This document shows, piece by piece, positions 1 to 12,700 of a DNA stretch of 64,000 nt. Where the stretch lies: assembly GCF_032062105.1 (NCBI RefSeq), contig NW_026935443.1:186001-250000 (forward strand), written 5' to 3'. The notes below the pieces were generated by a model. It was not told where the DNA came from. It made no database searches and saw nothing but the letters and a program-made list of their open reading frames with translations. A program made the translations under genes and the position numbers. Numbering within the stretch: the stretch's first letter is position 1; the number at the start of each line of letters is the position of its first letter. The DNA comes from Saccostrea cucullata. Taxonomy: Eukaryota.

Positions 1-3000
1 GAAAGGAAAGGTTTGTTGTATTGAAATACCCTTAGTTTATTTTCTATTTCACGCCATCATTAATGAATTGTAAACACTTGCATACAACAAATGTTGCCTG
101 CTTGATTCATCACTTCATTAAACAATTGCGCTTCGTATGCAATAAAGAGTTTAGCTGACTCGTATTTTGTGTGATTTTATCAGTTGTTTAATCACTGCAT
201 GGTCATGTTCCATTATGCATGGTTAAGAGAGAGAGTTACACAATACACTTATTTCAACAAAACATGCATCAATCAGGTATTTATTTTTAATACTGCATGT
301 CAAGCATAATGATTGTCTTATTAAACGATGTTCTCCCTTGAAAGCAAAGGCCTAGTAACTTCATTTGATAAATCAAATTTTTCCATCTATATAATTTTTT
401 GTTTTTTTTTTTTTTTTTTGAATTCTCTAAGGATATTTTTTTTAATGATTGTACCCAATAATAAATAAAATTACGTAATTGTCAATTAATGATTTGAGTT
501 ATTTAATTATCTGAAAGAAAAAAAAATGATCTTATATAAAATGTAAAATCAAGAACTACTTCACTAAATGGAATTGATATTAAAATATAAGAAAAGAAAT
601 AAAATCACAAAGCATAAAATATTTAGCAAATTATCATTTTTATACATAAAGTAATACAAGCCAAGAAAAAAATGCAAATGAATAAAAAATATTCATTATT
701 AAGAAAAAAAAAATACGATCATTAAGGTTACAAAAATGCATTTCCTGTTCCTTTTCAAGGAGGATCAATACAAAATCTTAAAATTTCAGGAGACGTTCTT
801 TGACCTCAGATCAATGGAGACTTTCTTCCCTTCACATTAACACATTCGTTAGTCACCTGTTCCCCCAGCTAAAGAAAATTAGACAAAGATTTTCAATTAA
901 TATTATATCACAAATGTGGTATGGTACCCCCTAATCTCTCACCTAAGTCCATATCGATATCATTCTGACTTTAATATTAGGGAAGACCTTCTGATTTTCA
1001 ATTTTGATATCGTTTAAATGATTACGAAATCAGCACTTAATATCACGTCGAGAAATTAACTGATTGCTGGGATAATTTCCCTGCGGATTTAAGAGGGTTC
1101 AATGACAATGATGAGAATTCTGTTTTGCTTCTCTGGAACAATCTTGAATTGATTTAAGTGTCACATGGATCAGTACTTTTGAAATAAATGGCGGTAGATT
1201 TCTGCCTTAAAATGCAAAGTTCTGCAATAATCTGAGATAAAGTGAATTTTCATGATCATTTTTTGCATTCAAGAACTTTTTACTTTATTACGAAAGAGAT
1301 TTGTGATCAGTTGTGTTAAAATTCATTGAAAGTAAATGAAGAATCGATTCAGAATAAAGCCATGGAATTAATCATTTTAATAGACATAAATATTTCTTAA
1401 GGTATCAGGAATATCGCTTTCATTATTGTAAAAGATTGATTTTTATTTTTTAATCCCTGATAATTTCTCTCAACTGTATACGCCGTTAAATGGATGTAGA
1501 GGATACATATGGGATTTTGAGGGTTTTTTAATCTTTCATGATATATACACTTTGTCACAATAATAACATTTTTCTTTCTTTTGAAAGAACGCATGTAAGT
1601 GATTTTTTTTTTACAGATTTCGGAAAAATAACATTTGATATCTTGTATTTTAAATATGCTTAGGTACAAATTGCAAAATTTCAGAAAATTGTGTTCTATT
1701 AAAATTCCAAAATCCATTTTTATGAAATGTACTTTTTTCTCTATTGCAGCAAAAGACGATTTGGACTTGGAACTTCTGAACATTATTTGTTATGAGAATA
1801 TTTAAATAATTGTTATGCAAATCTGAAAGGATGAAAACTTGTTGTAATCATGTAAAAGGCATTTTTATGGATCTAACATCTTTGGATCATTAGCATTTCT
1901 ACACGATTTGAGTCTTGAAATTCATTGTAGACATTATCAGCAAAGAAAACCCACCTAACTGAAGATAATACAGAAAATGAAATGAATCAGCATAATTCCT
2001 GTCCAATTTCCACTTTTTACTATAGTGACTTGGAAAGTTTGAGACCTATGATTTAGATCAAAGCAAAGGGAATTACACCATATATAAAAACATACAGCCA
2101 GTAAGATGAAAGCGTTTTAAATCTTGTAATTATTTCTTTTTCCTAAACATCTTCCCCCAATCGACATTCATCATATTCACCTTCTCCTAGCAAATCAGCA
2201 CTTTCAATCTTTGTAAATATACCTTTAATAAAAAACAGGTGAGAGATTTTTTTCAACAATATGGAGGCGACAAAATTACACGTCGTAAAAGATCCTTCTA
2301 CTGCGATAAAATTCATTCTTAAATTTATGTGCTAATTAACTAATATTTTTCTCTGAGACAGAATTTGAAGAAGAAGTCTGTGTAATATTTTTATAATAAA
2401 AAATGTTACATGAATATAAATTATAGGAGGAAGAAAACGTGAATTTCTTTTTAATTTTTTGAAATGGGACAATAATGTAAATTTCATCGTAGGAGAGGAG
2501 GATTATTATGACAAAGCACTTTTATACGCCCAATTGTGAAGAAAAAAAAGGTTAATACATGTACAGATGTATTTTTCTAAATAAGTTCTAATAAACCAGT
2601 TCGCTCATAAAGACCGATATGCATTATTGCATATAAATCGCACTGTTAATTACCAGCTTGCTGTTCAATACCATATCTATTCAGGATTTGGGGGCATAAA
2701 GGACAAAAATGAAGCAATTACATCACCAACAATGTTTGTCCTTTTTCCTTCTACTTGTTTTAAGGATATATTTCACAAGATCATTTGATTTATCTAGAAA
2801 AATATTTTTTTATCATATACCTCTTGACTTTTTCTTCTTTTTTAAAGTTCTAGTTTTGTAAAAAGGAGATTACAAATGATATATATACATGTACAAATAA
2901 TATCTTAAATCGTCAATATGAATAATAATAAGATTTGTTTAAGGTTTTGAATGGCAAAGTATTTACTTTTGGTGATGCATGTATTATTATTAAAATAAGA

Positions 3001-6000
3001 CTATCTTCTTGTACTTAATTAGGAAACATTTGTCAGAGAGAGAAAAGAGGGAAACTGTCGCAGCCACCTAGATGATAGCATAGCTAAAGGCACAATCTGT
3101 TTCTGTTTATTAAGACATGATCAGTGTCGTTGTTTATCCCCTAATGGAAGTTGATGCAACAGTGTATGCTTCGTTATCTTGGAACAAGATCAGATTGATG
3201 CAGAGTGCGTTCTTTATTCTTTAATATTGGACGATGTCATCACTAATGGAGCGTTCGAATCGGTTTTCTAAGTCATCCTTGCATTTTATGCGTATTTTTC
3301 TGCATGGCTTTGTGGGATTTTTTTTTTAATTAAAAAAAATATATAACTGCAAAATTTCTTGTCATGAAAAACCATGATTTAACAGAAAATTTATTTTTAA
3401 AAATATTTATTGGACTTTTGAGTGTGAAAACTGTTCGTTATCTCCTTATACATGCAATGTGTTTTGTAATTTGTAAAGATAGAGTGCTTGTAATAATGTG
3501 GAATATTACTTCCAAATTAGCTGTTTTTTCATTAACTTTTAATCAAAATTAAAGTTCTATTTAATATTACATATCGATACAATAACTATCTTTATCATAA
3601 CATATTTAACAACCATAAATGCAATGCTCAGATTACTTATTTATAATTTAAAAATGCAATGCTGAACATAGCACCATCTATGCAAGCTTTCTGAGAAACC
3701 AACAAGTAATGTAACTTTTTATCTGTGCAAGTACATTCCAATAAAAAGGAATATAAAATGTCAACTCACACATATAAAAATTCACAATTGTGGAAATAAT
3801 TCAAAAAAATATTTCCTACATTACAATAAATCATTCATTTTCTTTTGTTGCAGATCGAAAAGATTATTAATATTCTTGAATGACTAAGCACCTGGATATA
3901 ACAAAAAACCAAGCACATTCAATAAACGAGCCGATCTATATCTCCAAAGAATTTCCCTACAATCATATTGTACTTTGATATGGAAAATTATCCAAATGAT
4001 AAATGAAAAGATAAAGCGTGATTTGAGACTAACATTTCTGGATAATTAGCCTTGAATATGAATGTGAACGTAGAAAATATATATATGAATTATGCATATT
4101 AATGGGGTACTTTATTGAAAACACAGGCGCATTATGTGAGCAAATAACAAACTCTGTCTACTTTCTGTTCTAAACGCTAAAAATATGATGAAAATTAGTT
4201 AAAGTAATTTTTGTTTACTTTACTTCAATAATAACTCTTTAATGTCAAATGAAGAAACTATGTCAATTATGTATGAATTATAGATGCGGTAGTTTATTAA
4301 CAGTCATACATTTAGAAAGATGAATAAATAAATGCTGGTTTGCACCTGCTTAATGTTGTTGTGTTATAATACTTGAGGATGGAAGAAAATATTGGTATTT
4401 GATATTTTTAGAAACATTTCCTCTTTGTATGCAGATTATTTATGAACATATATAACCTTTACTTAGAAATGCCAATATTGCAATTGCCATGAATGTTGTC
4501 TTCTTAGCTGAGCTTTCTATTGGTAATGGAATATTTCTATAGTTGAATAATTTCGACATTACTTTATATTAAAGTTTTTGTTTAATATAAAGTATAATGT
4601 TGAAATTGTTCGATCATTCGTTTCCCTTGTTCTTAAATAAGATAAGAAACAGATACTTTTAAAAACTTTTACTCAGTATTATTCAAAATATTTTAAAAAT
4701 CACATGCACACATCACAATACCAAGTAAATTGTTTGTTTGTTTTAAAAAAAAAAACAATAGCTATCTATTTTATTCTGTTTCCTAATTTTGAATCCTTCT
4801 GTGGTATCGAGGGAGGGGGGATATTCAGAAAAGTTTTTTTTTTTTAAGTTTGTAATCGAAACCATGATTATAAAAAAGTTTGTATATAAATTAAGAAAAC
4901 ATAAATGTTATATTATCTTTGTTTTGCTCAGTAAAGCACTGAAATTATTTTATGCATTTTCTACTGTATATATCATACCAATATTTTTTAAAATTTCAAA
5001 TTACAGTACAAGGACGGAAGATTTGTTCTTCAAACATTAAAAAATCTCCAAAACTCTACAGTAAAAAAAAGAGTATAGGGAAAATTGAAAGGAAGTACTT
5101 AATAAACTTTTGTAAACGATTAGATTTCCGTTAACTATTCTCCTTAATTGATGCCCTGCTCTTAATTGTACTCTAACTATCACGGATCATCTTGGGAGGC
5201 TACATTTCTTTACGTTAAGAATTGGTCTGTAGTTGATTTCTGACATGGAACACCGAAGGTATATATTAAATGTAATCTGATCCAGAAGAAAATTTCACGT
5301 GTGAACGACACATGCACACGTCTTAATTATTTGAGCGATATCTTCATCTATAATCTGTTTAATGGTTATCTGAGGTTTTGTGTAATGCAAATGATATTTG
5401 AAACTTCTCTTAGTTAACAGAATTCCGTTCGTCGATTGGCATTAATCAATTTAAAGGACTATTAATCATGTATTAAGAATTTTAAAAAATAAAATAGAAC
5501 CTAAAGTGTAAAATTTGACGTGTCAAATCATATACACTGTATTTATGCTGTTGATAATGACAGTCGCATGTCAAAATATACAACATATTGAGGTTTGAAT
5601 CGTCTTCTAATGCCACAGTGCATCATTTGCATTTTTTGTCAAAATTGAACACATTATTATAGAACATATTCTATGTTATTTAAAATCGTATAAAGTAAAA
5701 TTTTGAAATCGGAATACTTATTCAAATTCCAAATATGTAAATTTTTACTCATATTTGAGGTGACTACTAATACTTTGAAAAAGTCTATCTAACTTTTAAG
5801 CTTTAGATTTTTTTAAATTGTGCTGAAATTCAGTTTTCATTGTGTTTTTTTAATATAATTGTTTCATCAATTTCAAATGAAAAGCCTCACAAGTGTATTT
5901 TATTTTTATTTTTTAAAAAGAGAGCTGGAATTTTGATTGTTAGAAATGATGAAAAAATGTGTAAGTGTCTGAGACTTAGTATTTCGAAGTACAATAAAGC

Positions 6001-6082
6001 AAAAATTGAAGCACAAGAAGATAGATTGCAAAAGGCTGTGAGTTGATTACTTGGAAGTTCTTGAAGAAAGACTGTTAGAACT

Positions 6083-6623
6083 TAGCTGCAGATCTGTAGC
6101 TATCCTAAAAAATATATATATTGATAGACCGGAGAGCTACAGTGCCACCCATTGAAAAAACTGTATATTTATTGCGCACAAAAAAGTGCGCTCGGTTCTC
6201 GATTTATTTCTCCATGTTTTTAAATCTGTACTTTCAAAATGTTAATAACCATGTGTTCCTAACATATTCTTTCGCTGTTTCCACATCCAAACATTCCTCA
6301 TAATTGTTGTTAATAGTCCTCCTGACCCTGATATTGTAATCATCGAACATTTCGTTTATTTATACTGCCATTTTGGTTTCAAAGATAATTCGGTCCAATA
6401 TGCTTCGTTCAGATGTCAACTACGAGAGTACCTGATTGAGGATAAAGGATTTTTTTTTTGAAATCTTTCCTTTTTTGCATTTGAGGTAAGAATTTGGAAG
6501 AATTAATCAAGAACCGAGAGCACTTTTTTGTGCGCAATAAATATACAGTTTTTTCAATGGGTGGCACTGTAGCTCTCCGGTCTATCAATTTATTTTTTTC
6601 GGAGAGCTACAAATCTGCAGCTA
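6083..6623. mobile_element. MITE with ~120-bp TIRs and a perfect 9-bp TSD (MULE-like or atypical hAT)
   Basis: TAGCTGCAGAT..ATCTGCAGCTA termini; highly similar inverted arms (gatagaccggagagctacagtgccacccattgaaaaaactg..); TSD GTTAGAACT at 6074-6082 and 6624-6632. Confidence 0.9.
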
Positions 6624-7639
6624 GTTAGAACTATGATTTGGGCACTTCTAGGTACTTCAAGAAAAACTGCACGAGACAGTGATTTGGTAGTTACACATAC
6701 TTCAAGAAAGACTAAAGATCTGTGATTTAAGAAGTTACAAATACTAGTACATCAAGAAAGACTAACTTTAAGAACTGTGATTTGGGAAGTTAGACGTAGA
6801 TCATCAGAAATTACAAATGGATTTTACTTCGTTCTTGGAATCTCAAGAAAAGTTTTACCGACCGTCTTGTAGAGCAGGTTTAGAACATCCCCTTTAGAGT
6901 ATCCCCCTCCCCGGAAAAGTGACATTAGCTTGGGCCTTCCCATTAGAAAAGTGGCTCTAGAGTAGGATTTCTCCCAAAGAAAAATAGATCTTGGGTAGTA
7001 TTTCTCCTGCAAAAATTTCATTCAGTTGATGTTTTAAGGGGAATTCTAACTCTGTCTACTCTGCATAACAGTTAGAGAGCGCTATTTACAAGAGAGTCAA
7101 TCACCTATAATAAAATATCATAGCAATACTTTTGTTTGAAGGGGAGATTGAGGCAACACATTGTAGCAAGTGTTTCTTCAAAATACCGTTCAGTTACATT
7201 GAAAATATAAAGTAACTTCAGTAACTTCCCAACCAGTTCTTAATCTTTTAGGGACAGATAATACAAACAAACTTCTATCAAAAAATCCTAAAATAACAAC
7301 CAAAGTTATATTTATAGTAATATGAATAAATTTAACCGTACAGATTTTAATTTTTTATTCAAAGTTTTTCGATAATTTGATTTTAAGTGACCAAAACTGT
7401 ATACATATAGATTAATAATGATTGGAATGATTTCAAGGCATTTTCTTAATTTTTGACAGTATTCCGAGTATTCGAAATGGGAATGTGGTAAACACAACAC
7501 ACGAAAACTGTCCACGAAAAAGGTAAGAAAATGTACGTGTATTATAATACCAATCCAGGTATGTAATCAATTGGTAAATTATTTTTAATGAAATATAGAT
7601 AAATCGAATAGTATTCAAGCTCAAAATCTACTTAAACAA

Positions 7640-8890
7640 CACGAATCGGGAGCAGAGAAAATTTGGGCCTCCAAAAACAACAGAGATGGGATCCGGTGCC
7701 ATGAAGGAGTGAGCATCCCCTGTCGACCGGTCATTTCTGCCGTGTGCGCCTTGTCGTAATCGTGAATACAGAAAAATCCGATGACAATAAAGGCTGTAAA
7801 TGATAGTCTAACAATTAGTATGAAAATGTCAGTCAGTATTTGACTCAATGATAGGTCTAAGATAAGTTTTGCCTGCAGCCCAATCCCATGTACGTTTTGA
7901 GTGAATAAAATTATGTATAAAACAGTGATATGTTGTATTTGCTGACAAGGTCATTATGTCGACCATAAAACTTGCAAAATGATAACTTCAATCAAGACTG
8001 TTGATACCCTTGTTTTATAAACTTATAATTGTCGGTAGTTTGTCTTATTTTAGAAATTGATCATGTTTTTGCTTTTCGAGTCAACTGAGACATAAACTCT
8101 ATATGTAGGTGATAAGGGTAAATTTCTACGTAAGTAAGGAATGGCGACGATTTAAACGTTGAAGTTATCATGTTTATCATAAAGATTTGTTAACATTACC
8201 TTATCCAAGTATAATATTCAAATATGAAACCGTTGAGTCAGAATCTTTGGTATATTTCAAGCTCACTGAGATTTATCAAGAAGACATAGGAATGGAAGTA
8301 AGTACTGTTAATTATACGTCGTCGATATATTGAAATGTCGAGTTGAAGCGTTTTCTTCTCATGTAGAAGTTTTTGAATAAATTCTGCTTCATATGAATAA
8401 AAAAAAAGTTTTGAGAATAAAGGGCGAATATGGTACTTAAAGATATTACGATGGATTGTTGGAAGACATTATCTCCCAAAATAAATTCACTACAGTAGAT
8501 ATTGTCAATCATAAACGCAAGCATTTTTGATATCATTTTCATAGAACTTGTCAATGTGTGTACAATCAGATTTTTTTTTTTTACAAATTATTTTGCAAAT
8601 GACCAAAGACTATGTAAGTATATTTAAGAGTTCCATTTTTGTTTTTTTTTTAAATGATGTCAAAAGGTCTGAACTTTAGTATATCGTGGTGAATGGTTGC
8701 AATAGGTTTTGAAAAAATCGTACGTTTCAATGTTATTGATTTTGGTAAAATTTTGTGATGTCAGGTTTTCTAACAGTTTCCTGGCGTTTTCAGTATCCAT
8801 ATCTGATTTAAAGCTTTTCTCAAATACACGTATTCTGCTGTACAGTACTTCTGAAGTTTCCTCTTCACTACTGTAAATGTTTTAGATATT
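7640..8890 (-). mobile_element. Degenerate Penelope-like retroelement fragment
   Basis: RT motif FNSTFQYIDDV on the minus strand; colinear with the copies at 16545-17395 and 19515-20310; shared end motif ggagtgagcatcccctgtcgaccggtca. Confidence 0.75.
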
Positions 8891-8914
8891 GATTCATTGT
8901 ATATAAATTGTTTA

Positions 8915-9355
8915 CCGTCCCTCTCGAGAATTTTTCACTCGTATGGAGAGCCACCACTTGCCAGTGGAGAGCTGCAAAGTTTGTTTCAAAGGTGAAATCC
9001 TACGAATTGTGGCTATGAAGAAAACCCTACTCTTCCGACACTTCGGACTTTGAAAGCTCGTGAAACAGTAAAACAGAATGACTGACAGTGTGACAGAATG
9101 TGAGTGCCTTTTGCTAAACAGTCTCTTTAGAAAATTGTTCACGCACATTGAGACGCCACCACTTGCCATTGGAGGGCTGCATGTTTTAGAACTATATCGG
9201 TATTCAGGGCTTTTGCACAGGAAGGAATGTTTTTTTTTTGCCAGCATTTACTGCCATATATAGAACTTCGTTTATATACGGTCTCGTCCGAAAGACAGCA
9301 GTGGCAGAAACTCCTTAATTTGCGACACTCTCACCACTTCGCTACGCGAGCGACA
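8915..9355 (-). mobile_element. SINE-like repeat remnant with a partially duplicated end
   Basis: Two copies of gccaccacttgcca(g/t)tgga(g)..gctgca at ~8949 and ~9155; resembles an abundant oyster SINE from memory, not verified. Confidence 0.45.
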
Positions 9356-9733
9356 AATTGTTTACCAAGAAATATTCAAAAAGTTTTAGAATAGGCTTTA
9401 ATTTAAGGTTTTCTCTATCTAACTGTAAGGTTGTAGTAGTACATTTACCAGGAAGAATTTTGAAAACTGTAAACGGTATATATTTTATCTAAATGTTCAA
9501 CGGAGGATTGGTCGAAGGGAAGTAATAACGTTTGTTCCAATAAAACTAGACATCACAGAGAACTCGATGCTCTTTCTTTTCGAGCCGATCTATAATAATC
9601 CATCAAAATGCTGCATTTTGTGGTGATTTAATTACTATTACGCAATTAAGGACTGTTATTGAAGTCATAAATGCAAAATTAAAACCGCAAATCACTGACA
9701 ATTGAAGACAAATGAGATTTTTTTAAAACAGAT

Positions 9734-12700
9734 TTATTTATATTTTTCTTCTCGAAAGCCTTCTGTCAATTCTGCAATCTTTGCCTTGACGTCACTTGTT
9801 AGATTGAGCACTAAAGTCACTTCTTTGAAAAAATCCGATCGGGAAACCTACAAAAGACGTATTTTATCACTTTTCGCTGTGTTTCGTTTTATTACTTTGA
9901 AATAAATGATATTAATCATCAATTTTCAAATTGACTTGTTTAAAAATGTGATAATCTTTTTGACAAAGCATCATTAAATAAAAGTTAATATACACAGTAA
10001 CCTCTATTACAATTATAAGTTTAAATACATGAACAATCAAATACAAATGTTTTCGACAACCTCCAAAAAAACACTTTTTTTCTTTATTTCAAGTAAATTC
10101 TTGGTGCTATATATCTTTGTCGTACTTCCCGAAATCCATGCTTTGTAAACATCTTTATGCTTGGCTCGTTATCAAATCCAATCTTTGCTCGCACTTCTTC
10201 TAGCTTCAGTTTTACCCATCCTGCAGCAACGAGAAAAATCATTTCACTACAGAAAATGTTTACATTATGTCAGATTTTTTACGCAGTATTACAGCAATTA
10301 AAACATACAATAAAACAGGATTAAAATTAAATTAAGAAATTTGTAATGTTTGAGTTAACTGTAAGAAATACTCACCATAACGAATCATTAGGAATAAAGA
10401 CTCTGTACCAAAACCTTTATGACGCACATTCTCTTCTGACAAACAAATAAGTCAACAAGTTCTGAGATGCTTACTTTATTGATATTTTGAATATTTTTAT
10501 AATAAACATGTATATTGAAAGAAAAATTCCATTTTAACATTTTAATTAAAAAAATATGTTTTGGTTTATTAACTGCATTCTTTGTGACACCTTACAGGCA
10601 TCGATTGAGGTCCCTGTTCGACGGAGCACAGATTAAGCAAAAAATAACAGAATACCGGTATGCCAGTAAAAATAATTTCTGCATTTTTACAACAAATGCC
10701 GATTTATAATCAAGAGTAAACGGTATTATATAGAGTTGACCAGAGTATTATTATACTCCGATCAGCGGTGCTAAAAAGGTCACAGCAAAATTTAGTTAAA
10801 AATATTAAAGTAGCTTGTCAATTTATAGTATTTTGTAACATTGGCATTAAACAGCCTACTCTACATCCAGGCATTAGAAAAAGCAGATCACTTGTGAGTT
10901 TTTTTAGTTACTTTAAGAATAAATACAGTTAATACCTGCTACCATCAAGTTAATTTCTCCTGCAATATGGTCATCTTCTTCAGTCAAGAATAAATTGACA
11001 TCACCAACCATAGCATCTAGAAACAGATATGTAAAATTTAATCCATTTAACATTTAACTTGTATTTAAAATAGAACAAAATACATTGTGCGTAAAATGTA
11101 GTCAGGGTATGCTTCGGCAAGGAAATGATTAAACACATTTGGCATTCATCTTAAAAGCAAGTACATGTATTAGTACTGTAAATCGTTTTTTCTTCTTGAG
11201 AACTTTATTTTTCCGTAATTACTTTTTAGTATCAAAAATTTCTTTCTATTAATTATTTACATCAATGAAGATTATACTTAAGTATACGTTATTAAACAGA
11301 AAAAGTGAAAACTATTTTGTCTAGCTTAAAAGTTCCATTTCCCTATCTAACGTGTCGCAAAAATTTGGTGATCTACAGTTTATAAAGTTCACAACATATA
11401 ATTCATGTTGAACATACAATACAAAAAGTTTACTAGTATATTATCGTAAAGCACATCTCATATACGACATATTACATAAGTTTTAATTGACCTTACCAAT
11501 TTCTGTTTCAGGACCATTATACTTTTCTTTGTCTAGCATTATAAATGTACATTCTGAAATATACAAGCATATGCAACTTAAACAAATATCTCTGCAAATT
11601 CAGTAGATTATGTCTTTTAAGATTTAAGAATTTTATCCTTTGCCTCTTAATTATATACAGCTCAACAAACTTTTTAAACTCACATGGTTTTTCGCACAAA
11701 TTAAGGTCACATTGTTTTAAGGCAAAATTGTGTAACGTATATTAAATAAATGATGTATAACTGAATTTTTATCACATTTCATTACTTTAAACATAATTCA
11801 CATATAATATTTGATAGAATTTTAAAATGCTCTTGGATTATATATTTGGAGGGTTTCCAAATGATTTTTTCATGGTTTCTCGTCAAGTGCAACCGTTTTT
11901 GTATCAGTTCATTTTAAAGCATACTTTTGCCTTGCCTCAATACAAATACAGTGTAGTTCATGTAACTTCTGTATTTCTGTACTCTAATATTACTCTAAAC
12001 CGCAGGGTGATAGAAGTATTTCTCTTCTGTTCGACTGCCTTCCATGTTAAAAAGATGACATTTTTTTAGGTTAAACTCCTGAAATCTAGCATCATGAAAT
12101 ACCTTCAAACACAAATTTTCAAAATTTCAGACCATATATGTTAAAGAATTTTCTTTTCAATATTTATAATTTACGATGTTGAAAGATTAACAATACTTTA
12201 AGATAGTATCTTTTTCTTGATTTCTTTATTCAGTTTTGACATTTTTCGGCGCAGCATTTCGCCAAAACCAAGACAAGTATGGAAAATGTGCAAAGTACCT
12301 AGAAAAATACTCATCTATAAGAAGTCAATTTGAAAATTTCAACCAAACAGTATCAAAGAAAGTTCGATTAATTAATTTGTAAATACTATGATAGAATCAT
12401 ACAAATTTAACATTATACAATTTATAAATAAATTCCCTTTTAGAAAATTGACTTTAAAAACTTAAGATAATGATTTTTAGAGAATATACACCTTTATCAT
12501 GAAATATTTAAAAATATAAGGGTTCTGTCTCGTACTGAAACTCGATAATTTTAAGCTTTATTGCAAGAAAAATGTGACTTTAATTTGTGCGAAAAACCAT
12601 GTGAGTTTAAAAAGTTTGTTGAGCTGTATATAAAGAAAAACCCAACCAAAATTTGATAAAATTATTTTGTTCTGCAAAAAGACTTACTTTGCTCGTCATT

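Noticed and set aside
1397-1783. 128-aa minus-strand ORF
   Set aside because: Low-complexity K/I/F-rich translation of AT-rich DNA with no recognisable motif.
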